Shown here one piece after another: positions 10,801 to 16,044 of a DNA stretch of 29,495 nucleotides. The notes beneath the pieces are model-generated. The model had not been told where the DNA came from. It saw only the letters and a list, made by a program, of their open reading frames with translations, and ran no database searches. The DNA comes from a virus (lineage: Duplodnaviria; Caudoviricetes). The translations under genes and the position numbers were made by a program. The stretch covers positions 1 to 29,495 of the IMG/VR virus record IMGVR_UViG_3300017754_002634; one strand, written 5' to 3'. Numbering within the stretch: the first letter of the stretch is position 1; each line of letters opens with the position of its first letter.

Positions 10801-11008
10801 TGAGCAGTTCAAATTCCCCGCCAAGTCGGGTAGCACCGGCAGATGCGGCGGCTTTAAGACCTGTGGTGTCTTGTTTGGGTTTGGCCTCTTCCCTACGACC
10901 AAATGCGTCGGGGTACAGTTTGGAGGCTTCTTGCAGTGCAGCTCTTGGGTCTTCGCCCTCTTTGAGAGGGAACCACGAACCATCTGGGAGCTGGACTGAC
11001 TGTGCCAT
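1874..11008 (-). CDS. Giant internal virion / DNA-ejection polyvalent protein (3044 aa) with zincin metallopeptidase (MPTase-like) and C-terminal LPD38-like domains
   Basis: 9.1-kb uninterrupted ORF and last gene of the late region. The N-terminus has Gly/Ala-rich hydrophobic segments, followed by a long charged helical region. HEAVH lies at 4793-4807 followed by EEFVSE. C-terminal motifs PFFNAQIQG, LPVPFEVG, PKPILE and HFVRGYTGGLG resemble LPD38. Confidence 0.85.
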   Translation of the reverse strand: MAQSVQLPDGSWFPLKEGEDPRAALQEASKLYPDAFGRREEAKPKQDTTGLKAAASAGATRLGGEFELLKGKLGVKSEAEAQKEYEAAQAKAAARFTPTEKGWTEDFGLKFRETLGGSLPYMALPAAAGLSALAAPVSAPVAAGLGLLGAGAVSTGQFTASNLGAQLETGKTLEQASGAAAFGAAIPQAVLDTAAMALIPGIGKLFGSVGSKLTTEQARALANQTLGKTIMDYTAKTGATAGREGVTEATQQVLERLQAGLNIADPEARKEYIDSFIGGAVLGGAAAPFGRAFERSGAKTQAREADRLDSEAAAKVEAQRVEEEKKRVAVERSKPEYLSDLQTRYDKLIAQEKELDEKTKVKPEGTDPASKRIAAEQRKEAVDALKDFRAAPEYEALVQERVEAAPLLRKMEAEKKATEAVFGKEPAYQAQDTSDMGQATQIKAQIDDLKKKQTGLPPAQQQPLQNQINALEDTLEKLVPDADTYNAAQKQIQTAINTAQQKLVDANTTEQEQAILANMERMETALKNLQQFKPFIKTVTQMPSVSNLRDQMDAAKATGDVEAIRQLVPKLAEAEQQGELSFDTGVPSDNALAQEIAEAREDAKRRSQTVAKETDALFRMGDKGLTDFEVGLRKARLDEAREIMRQASKPAKERLKFAQPYRVQPGGKLNQATRASLLVQENEQDWASFDKEAKENAFRVADREKLRDQLKRKRTELEAEYNDFSKYGPSKALELVRTEFDAVDKALAQVERKLKIGRDKAVREPDVDSQITQASDARVAELIDRMMPYITGEKAVDAEGAKTAAARQEKKELGQASLFDVEAQKQLAGMEFTPAPAKPAAQKTSVAPIEQAADLVDRAKELRARLKEYSAAIQKAGRPSDPEKLARLNDLKDLRDSTLNELDAVQKQYEAVVERQTPLFEAEETAPGVRKSTGDLKFGAPRPFEATEDLFGGLEKARTEANRIQNELDKLYAERDDIQTGMQRRGQVGATPQLQALAEQYSKDTPRLRQVEEQIEKTEARLQQASGRRSERFDEFAQARERERAEQEDTRTRTLPGFERRAGLKPVDPAKLQDAKQRLVALKNVEETLRKARASGDADPTRYLRQVAAMKTEQYEAFLVQSNDPIVKTWPAQKTAVLSKRYPKRIDATPRDLERAEEQRKEINYFNNLVKGSKRKLAEEALQDNLQQQEKVRAEMADLERRQRAYEQQESVRAGATPGTAEAERLIAGEGYRTPTGKTRTLPKKLASWGITKIEKKTTAPVPVEKVALSSRMLRGYQKEVEAQAARGTAEKESLEKRIARSTKNIENMNAALKQVYPENVAKEVETEIEKLLASGLEPAQLQQVENMEQTYAALKTTTAGNTVGDVLARLNAEREKLLGTTGRFTARRGSVFDEKEQKTVSATIDAQLRDIALLIRELEKEQSKKQDAWTTSFNALVKEKNNNALVASQELGFADLELTSAKRKLDEMLAGTQKQIAAAEKLPDSASKTATLAELGTALERQSALLPIAPGEVSDVTEMKLSDWARRYGFGAYNSLLDTYNKTAADLAQYQFAYKKARLEQLGLTRAYGNDIQAVIDTEVASIQNMIPQLDAKAKEGAEMAERLKKANQALAGAKIAEREEAAKQPADQTAAFKYTNAERAALARIREGLGLRGTRYESDTTSSLVVKTRKAVRDTLNLRQAELEKAQAQDNVAEVQRLTGAVKQLERDYESVTQLGERVITPVGEGAEYRTAERVEPLVAPDTRLGRRKVGPVARVGTQPPSQMLSGTEESREAIAKGNRPMQTGAVRLTAADMNRADANAVSLAVLKQKLDAATGDRKEKLQAAFADATNGMTDAQIKDKIKEGNDLIKVPGAAAVVAAKERYNAAVATFAKAEADYKAAKTPAAKELAKDAVDEAEQERNRMFEVLRDAEANVAAGFTSNKSAKAQAEDAIEESMRISAKPGQEEAGVELERAEQGSRRGIRDEGSFDVAATYSTNVQMDSNPAVIEAVMDGRFVEAIERLAVDSSNPLVRETANDIRRLLMRTKVETVPDLMHNGVAVPALYTPANNTVLIRPSEITDETLVHEAVHAVTLQVLRAPDDKLTPQQRNAKREITAIFKQLEKRRDLKNEYGIVDVEEFVSEMQSNVAFRAAVDNQPWYKRFWHALTRLWSTKPIEKISDQTSALIKQIYSPSNTLTVGKQAVPSIFRRETPPASSIIGYEPGKLATLRGNLFGLNGRVQYIDRLAATDEAFVKAEGAGKLSSTEAFNAQYFMRMGDKVTQAAGQFITDGPVRIVADKVGKATEYRYESTSGANLVGVSTAMERAAKAGGMNPQEAEAMLTVLIAGQRANAVADGWTRLQAKEPAKAKAEYNDYVNKMNANPEVKAAMEEAMREYKNYNEGLLDFAAQSGYLSKDEVRRLNKQPYVPFYRVEDGNVKLFVLGERPITIGNLKDSPDLKQFLGDEKKIQPILTSAVQNTFMLTRMAMHNKATMETTNALYKSGFVSKMGKGAGLANTNTVHYKIDGEDHFAVIDSDTFGIPAELIVRGMEGIKTTIPDMVKMMGIPADILRKFITRSPAYVVRQLVREPVNAFIVSGVDGVPIANALRELAKMRAGRSPAELALMRGLVVSSNIYTGSEADMQKFLGDVSAGRSGWDKFLGKLDTMALQADAATRAVIYNDSIKKGFSEAKAQFRAMESANFGRRGLSPSMQMMSTLVPFFNAQIQGLDVLYRSFKGDMPFNEQLEIQRKIAARGAMLFAGSLAYAFMMQDDEDYKKAKPEERYSNFFVNIPGVKDPLKLPVPFEVGLLFMGLPQALMDVAMGNATGNEAAKAIGKLILNSAPGVIPAAPKPILEAFYGETAFGPIESDREKRLEAGERFRAGTTEVAKTLGSVTGAVGISPLLIEHFVRGYTGGLGVALMSTLNPLLRSEAEGEKMPVGASRQPFIGGLFQPSEGRFVIERAYGRMDDVIQAQQTYKDLVNRGQQDRAAAYAKENAALIVGAPMAGAFRQRMGELFDMERKIIANPRLSGDEKEARVQQLKDAQNKMALQFYAATERTTRP

Positions 11009-11028
11009 AAAAGACTTTCAAATTGTAT

Positions 11029-11047
11029 CCGGGGAGCGCAGCCCCGG
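11029..11047 (-). other. GC-rich hairpin in the 5' leader of the giant gene
   Basis: Inverted repeat CCGGGG (11029-11034), 7-nt loop, CCCCGG (11042-11047). No U-tract follows on either strand. Confidence 0.55.
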
Positions 11048-11068
11048 CTGTGTATGCGCTTGAGCTAG

Positions 11069-11097
11069 ATTTTACGGTCTTGCGCGTGTGGGCGCAA
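11069..11097 (-). promoter_or_regulatory. Putative sigma70-type promoter for the giant gene
   Basis: Minus strand TTGCGC-N17-TAAAAT. The -10 box overlaps the TAA of the upstream gene. Confidence 0.5.
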
Positions 11098-12751
11098 CAT
11101 CTCCCACTTTTGGATACATCAGTGCGCTGAACTCGCGCGCGCCCGAAAGCAGGTCAGACATAGTAACTTTTGGTTCTCCCGGTGCCAGCTTGGCGTTTGT
11201 TTCTGCCAAAAGCTTGACAGCCGCCATGCCGGACTTGTCTGCAGTAATTTCCTGCATCTTCTTCAAGCCCGACTCAAGCCGTTCAGCGTCGGTCTTGCCC
11301 GTACCCAACAGCATGGCTGTACGATCCGCACCTGTAGGCATAGTTGCCCGTGCGTTTGCACCGCGCTCTTGCATGGCCGCAATCCCTTCCCGCGACTGCA
11401 GCTCCGACTTCTTTTCTTGGCCGGACATGTACGAGCTAAACACAGCCTCTGCCCGCTTTTGGTCCATGCCGTAAACGTCTTTGGCAAACCCAAAGACCAT
11501 TTTCTGCCCGTCAAGGATTGCAGCGTCGCGGTCTTTCTCCAGCGCACGGATTTCGCGGCTGTTGAGGTCTTTACGATTCATGCGCAGTTCAGAGATGCGG
11601 TCGTTCGCTTCGTCCAAGCGTTCCTGTGCAGCTCGCAAGTCTTTGATGCCTGCGGCGTACTGCGCCGTGCCGACCTGTGCGCCTTTACCCAAAGCCGTGG
11701 CCAAACCGCCCGGGGTGGACATGATGGCCAAGCCTGCATTTAGCAACGCCAGACCCGTGTTCTGATCTTTTTGCCCAGCAAGCTCTTTAGCCTGCGCAAC
11801 AAGCCTGTCCGAACGATCTTTGTACACATCGCCTTCGGCTTCAATTTCTTTTTTGCGGTCGTCCAGACGCTGCTGCACTTGCGTTTCAGCTTTGTTTTTA
11901 ATATCCACAAGCTGGTTATTAAGTTCGCCAATCTTGTAGTTTGAGTCCCCCATCGCTTCGGTTTGCGCTTTACGGATGGACGCCATGCTGAAAGGGTCGT
12001 CTTTGGGGGCGGCAGCTGCAGCCACAGCACCAAGTCCTGCGCCGGGAGCCTTGCGGCCAGTATCGGCTTTGGGGGCTGCATCGCTTGCTTTTGGCGCAGC
12101 GGCGGCTTGCTTAGCGGCACGTTCCGTCATGTACAGGTTTGACGCTGCATCAAACTGGGCCATGTCTTGTGGTGACGGCCCTGCGTTTTGTGTGCCACTT
12201 GCGGCAGCCAGAATCGCTTCATCGGCAGAAGTACCCACGCCCGCAGCAATACGTGCTTTGGCCTGCTCAATCTGATAGTTCTGGCCCGCTGCCCGTGCAT
12301 CCCGAAACATACGACGGAACAACGGGACCTCTTCTGGCGCACCTTGCTGCGGAATGAGGTTGCCTGTACCAGCAACAAACCCGGGAATGTCCCCCATCAT
12401 GCTGGTGGGTTTAGGCATGCCGCCATACTGGTAACGCTCCACATCACCGCCGTCAGCAAACGCAATGATGCCGCCGCCTGCAAAATTCATGTTGCCTGCG
12501 TTCAACTGGCCGATGCCTTGGTCTTCTGGAAGCTGCTGGGGAGCCATCTCGGCCACCATCTGGTCAACCACCTTGGGTTGCTCTTGCTGTGCGGGTGCTT
12601 GGCTTGCTGCACGCAGTTCTTTGCGGCGGTTGGACTCGGACATGGCCAGAGCCATGATGTATGGGTCGGCCTTGTGCATCTGAGCGTACTGCTGCAACTG
12701 CGCGTCTGGCAACTTGGCCAGAGTGGACGTGATCTTGTTGACATCAATCAT
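11072..12751 (-). CDS. Internal virion / ejection protein (559 aa; P22 gp20-like position)
   Basis: Ala/Gln-rich helical protein. It carries the motif cluster FAGGG-IIA-FADGG-DVER-YQYGG and a hydrophobic 'LALLNAGLAIMSTPGGLATALGKG' segment. SD GAGGT precedes it, and it sits directly upstream of the giant gene. Confidence 0.7.
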   Translation of the reverse strand: MIDVNKITSTLAKLPDAQLQQYAQMHKADPYIMALAMSESNRRKELRAASQAPAQQEQPKVVDQMVAEMAPQQLPEDQGIGQLNAGNMNFAGGGIIAFADGGDVERYQYGGMPKPTSMMGDIPGFVAGTGNLIPQQGAPEEVPLFRRMFRDARAAGQNYQIEQAKARIAAGVGTSADEAILAAASGTQNAGPSPQDMAQFDAASNLYMTERAAKQAAAAPKASDAAPKADTGRKAPGAGLGAVAAAAAPKDDPFSMASIRKAQTEAMGDSNYKIGELNNQLVDIKNKAETQVQQRLDDRKKEIEAEGDVYKDRSDRLVAQAKELAGQKDQNTGLALLNAGLAIMSTPGGLATALGKGAQVGTAQYAAGIKDLRAAQERLDEANDRISELRMNRKDLNSREIRALEKDRDAAILDGQKMVFGFAKDVYGMDQKRAEAVFSSYMSGQEKKSELQSREGIAAMQERGANARATMPTGADRTAMLLGTGKTDAERLESGLKKMQEITADKSGMAAVKLLAETNAKLAPGEPKVTMSDLLSGAREFSALMYPKVGDVAPTRARP

Positions 12752-12759
12752 GGCGTACC

Positions 12760-13788
12760 TCAGATTTTGGACAGGGCCAGCTCAGCCAAGCCTGCCGATT
12801 TTTTCTTCTCGCGCTTGATCTTGGCGTCAGAGACGCTACCGCCTTTGGCCATGAGCTTGCTTGCGCCAAGCGCCGCCGTTCCATAACCCAATGCCTGTGA
12901 GCTTGCGCTTGGCGCTGCTGTATACATGGTTTGAGTCGAGCCAGAAGGCGTACCGCGCAGCAAGTTGGATTCGAACTCCAGCTGCTGGTATGGGAACTTC
13001 TTCTGAGCCAAGAAGTCTTCGTACTGCTGGGCAAGGATGTTCTGGACTTGTTGCTGCTGCTGTGTGCCGTAGCCTGCCTGAAGCCTGTTGACGTCCATGC
13101 CTTGCTGGAATTGCTGCTGAGCGCCTGTAAGGGCTGTTTGAAGACCCTGCAAACCAAGCCCCGCGCCGTACTGGCGTGACTGCTCACGAAGCTGCTGCTC
13201 TGTGTTGAACTGGTTCTGAGCTCGGCCATAAGCATCTTGCAAGCCACGGGCTTGGATGTCACCTTGCTGGGTAGCCAAGTTACGCGCAGCTTCAGCGTCC
13301 ATGATGGCCTGACGGCCTCCGCCAAACGCACCTGACTGAACGGCTTGAGCGCCGCGCTGGGTACCAGCAACATCCGCCATACGCTGCGCTTCGCGCTGCT
13401 GGATATCCACCACGTTCTGCATGTACGGGTCCATGTACTGACTTGCTTGCGCACCAAACTGGCCGGTGGCATATGGGTCGTACGAGGTGTTCAGCGCCTT
13501 GTTGACCGCCTGCCCGGTTGCGGCAGAGGGGCCCATGTTGGTAGCACCCGCAAATGCACGTTGCTGCAGCGGGGTAAACTGCGCTTGGCGTTCGCCTTGG
13601 TATGCTTGATACGGGGCGTTCGACAGCGCGGAGCCTTTGCCGAGCACTTCTTGCGCGTACGGCTTGGCCCAATCTGGAAGGTCTTGGGTTTGTGTGCTCT
13701 GTGCAGGCTGCCCGCCACCGCCATCGTCGCAAGGGTACAGGCGGATACCGTCCTTGGTGTAGCCTTCGTGTTTGGATTTAATCAGCAT
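12760..13788 (-). CDS. Internal virion / ejection (pilot-like) protein (342 aa; P22 gp7-like position)
   Basis: Start re-assigned to the ATG at 13788 (MLIKSK..., SD GAGG) rather than 13812. Gln/Ala/Gly-rich, with motifs YMDPY, GAFGGGR, 'YEDF...FPYQQL' and a Gly-rich C-terminus with MAKGG. Confidence 0.7.
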   Translation of the reverse strand: MLIKSKHEGYTKDGIRLYPCDDGGGGQPAQSTQTQDLPDWAKPYAQEVLGKGSALSNAPYQAYQGERQAQFTPLQQRAFAGATNMGPSAATGQAVNKALNTSYDPYATGQFGAQASQYMDPYMQNVVDIQQREAQRMADVAGTQRGAQAVQSGAFGGGRQAIMDAEAARNLATQQGDIQARGLQDAYGRAQNQFNTEQQLREQSRQYGAGLGLQGLQTALTGAQQQFQQGMDVNRLQAGYGTQQQQQVQNILAQQYEDFLAQKKFPYQQLEFESNLLRGTPSGSTQTMYTAAPSASSQALGYGTAALGASKLMAKGGSVSDAKIKREKKKSAGLAELALSKI

Positions 13789-14275
13789 TGCGTGCCTCGC
13801 ATTCTTTGGCAAAATTGTTTAGGTATTGGTCGAAGGTTTCTTCGTGCGCCCAGCGGCGGATGTCCGGCCCAATCTCTCGCGCCCAGTCCAAGCCACCCAC
13901 AATCAGGGCGGAGGCTGACAACACGTCGATGTACGCGCCGCGCAGGATGAAAGCAATCGAGCGGTCCTTTTCGTTGCCTTCGCGCTCCAGCTTGTTGGCG
14001 ATGTGCCAATTCACCACGGCGTTCACCAAGGTGCTGCTGAGCAGCCCAAGATGCGCTTGATAGAACTTGTCGGCGGGCAGTCCGATCAACAAGTCCCAGA
14101 ACACAGCATGAATCTCGTCATCCGCGACGGGCTTGTCCTTGTCGATCAAGTCATCCCAGACGTGCAGGGCACGAAAGACACGAACAACAAACTGCACGGC
14201 CTCGGCATCCCCCTTGAGGAATTGGCCAAACAGCGGGACGTGCTTGTTCAGGCGGTCAAATTCTGGTGTGTTCAT
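13778..14275 (-). CDS. Isoprenoid-synthase / prenyltransferase-like protein (165 aa, DDxxD motif)
   Basis: Apparently all-helical protein with HVWDDLIDKD (DDxxD at 14141-14155). It has an ATGA overlap with the upstream gene and an 11-nt overlap with the downstream gene. The ORF is very likely real; the function is inferred. Confidence 0.6.
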   Translation of the reverse strand: MNTPEFDRLNKHVPLFGQFLKGDAEAVQFVVRVFRALHVWDDLIDKDKPVADDEIHAVFWDLLIGLPADKFYQAHLGLLSSTLVNAVVNWHIANKLEREGNEKDRSIAFILRGAYIDVLSASALIVGGLDWAREIGPDIRRWAHEETFDQYLNNFAKECEARNAD

Positions 14276-15987
14276 GCTGGGAGCAAGTTTTCTGCGCGGC
14301 TGTTGACGGCTACGCGGTTTTTGCCAATAGACTTCTTACGGGCTTTTTGCACACGGTCCATCATGGCGTACAGCTTGCGTGCGCCAGCTTCGGTCGAGCC
14401 GTTGCCTAATTCAGAAACGATACGAGCAGGCACAACGAACTCACCATCAGCAAGACGCGCTGGGCGCTTGTCCGCAATCGTTGCAGGAATGGAATCAGAT
14501 ACGCCATCACCGGGTCCTTTCAAAAGACGACCGCCGTCCGAGTAATCGCCAAGATGGCTTGGGCCGCCTTGGGCCAGCGCAGCAATACCCCCCTGCGCCA
14601 TGCCGAACGAGCCGTAGTCCACTGCTGTGGACGGAGTTGGGTCTGTCACAGCGGGCGCAATGATGGGCATTCCCGTAAACGTACCCGTGATTGGGTCGAA
14701 CGTGTAAGGTCGCATGGTGGTGTTTGCGGCGGAAGACTGCGTAGCAGCCGTGGCGGGAGCCGCAGCAGGAGCCGCAGCAGGAGCTGCAGCAACAGGTGCA
14801 GGAGCTTTTGATGGCGCAGGCATCTGGCCCATCAGGTATTTAAACATATCGCCGGACTGGCCAGACATGGTGTAGTAAGGGTCTTCCTCAACAGGCTTGA
14901 CCGCCTTGGCCTCGCCGCCTTTGGCAAACATCTGGCCTTGGTTTGCCATCAATGTTTGGGCTTCGTTGCGATCCGACATGGCTTGCACAGGACCGATGTC
15001 CATGAGACCGCCGCCTGCGGCCAGACGTGTAAATCGAGGGTCAAAATGCAAAACTTCCCCTGTGTATGCGCCGGAGCGGTTTGCATACGGGTCTGAAATA
15101 CGGCCGGGATCGTACGAATACATGAACGGTTTGTCGTCGGGGCGCTTTTCCATTTGTTTGGGGTCTTGAATCATCATTGGAGCCAGACCGGCGAGGCCGT
15201 ACTGCAGGTTTTCCTTGGTCATGAAACGCTTGGGGTCCTTTACCAGTTCACCAAAACCCGCTTTTAGAGTATCCATTGGCGTTGTTGTAGCCAGCTTTTG
15301 TGCGACAGCGTTCTGTGCAGCTTGTTCCTGAGCGTAGATGTTGCCAATGTCCGCCGCTTGCTGGGACAAAACTGGTGCCTGTGTGATGGTGGGTGTTGCT
15401 TGCGCGACCATCTGACCTGCATTTATTGCAGGCGTTGGTGCGGCTGCAATTGGAAAGTCGTACGCACTAGCAAGTTGCTTTGCTGAGCCTCCCAGAATGT
15501 CGGGAGCCACGTTTGCTGCAGCGGACCCCGCGCCTTCGATGAGTGCTGGTGCCACAGCTTCGGTAGCTACAGCAGGTACAACGGAATTTGCAGCGGCTGT
15601 ACCGGCAGCAGAAGACAGTGCGCCCGTACCCGCAGCGCTCAAACCACTCGCCAAGCCTGCACCGCCGTACGCGCCCAAACCCGCCATCAAACCCTTCTTC
15701 AGACTGCCAGTAGCCACAGTGCCCAAAGCGCCTGCAGCCAGACCTGCTTGCATTGCTGTCAAACCCAACCCGGCCGGGCCGAGGAAAGCGCCAGCCACCA
15801 ACGGCAGGATGCTCGACAGGAAGCCAGCTTCGGGTAAACCCGTATCAGGGTTGATGGTCAGGGAGCCGCCATGTGCTTTGGCAAGCGCCTGCAGGCCAGC
15901 CACTTCTTGTGGGGCCATATGGACTAATGTCGTGTCTGGGCCACGGCCACGGGAGGCCATGTGTTGTGCGGCTAGTTGCAGGCTCAT
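14272..15987 (-). CDS. Internal virion protein (571 aa) with N-terminal GRGPDT.LVH...NP.TGLPE domain and C-terminal tape-measure-like GPG.G.SDSIPA...GEFV domain
   Basis: SD GAGAGG. A hydrophobic Gly/Ala-rich stretch follows residue ~55. It has several AxGG motifs and the C-terminal GPGDGVSDSIPA...LADGEFVVPA. Confidence 0.7.
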   Translation of the reverse strand: MSLQLAAQHMASRGRGPDTTLVHMAPQEVAGLQALAKAHGGSLTINPDTGLPEAGFLSSILPLVAGAFLGPAGLGLTAMQAGLAAGALGTVATGSLKKGLMAGLGAYGGAGLASGLSAAGTGALSSAAGTAAANSVVPAVATEAVAPALIEGAGSAAANVAPDILGGSAKQLASAYDFPIAAAPTPAINAGQMVAQATPTITQAPVLSQQAADIGNIYAQEQAAQNAVAQKLATTTPMDTLKAGFGELVKDPKRFMTKENLQYGLAGLAPMMIQDPKQMEKRPDDKPFMYSYDPGRISDPYANRSGAYTGEVLHFDPRFTRLAAGGGLMDIGPVQAMSDRNEAQTLMANQGQMFAKGGEAKAVKPVEEDPYYTMSGQSGDMFKYLMGQMPAPSKAPAPVAAAPAAAPAAAPATAATQSSAANTTMRPYTFDPITGTFTGMPIIAPAVTDPTPSTAVDYGSFGMAQGGIAALAQGGPSHLGDYSDGGRLLKGPGDGVSDSIPATIADKRPARLADGEFVVPARIVSELGNGSTEAGARKLYAMMDRVQKARKKSIGKNRVAVNSRAENLLPA

Positions 15988-16015
15988 GTGCGCCTCTCGG
16001 AAAGGGGGTTGGTCG

Positions 16016-16044
16016 AGTCTATCATGTGGGGTCTATTCCATCAA
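16016..16044 (-). promoter_or_regulatory. Putative sigma70-type promoter (extended -10) heading the ejection-protein module
   Basis: Minus strand TTGATG-N17-TAGACT with TGn immediately before the -10 box, in the 53-nt gap upstream of the 571-aa gene. Confidence 0.55.

Noticed and set aside
11029-11047. Hairpin as an intrinsic terminator or N4-type virion RNA polymerase promoter
   Set aside because: There is no adjacent U-tract, the 7-nt loop does not match the short-loop N4 hairpins, and I saw no RNA polymerase motifs in the giant protein.
12744-13472. 242-aa alternative-frame minus-strand ORF overlapping the 342-aa gene
   Set aside because: No SD or motif, and its Ser/Arg/Trp-rich composition is typical of an off-frame read of a Gln/Ala-rich gene.
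14745-14810. Short tandem GCAGCAGGAGCC-like repeats
   Set aside because: They encode an Ala/Pro linker (APAAAPAAAPA); this is not a CRISPR array or regulatory repeat.
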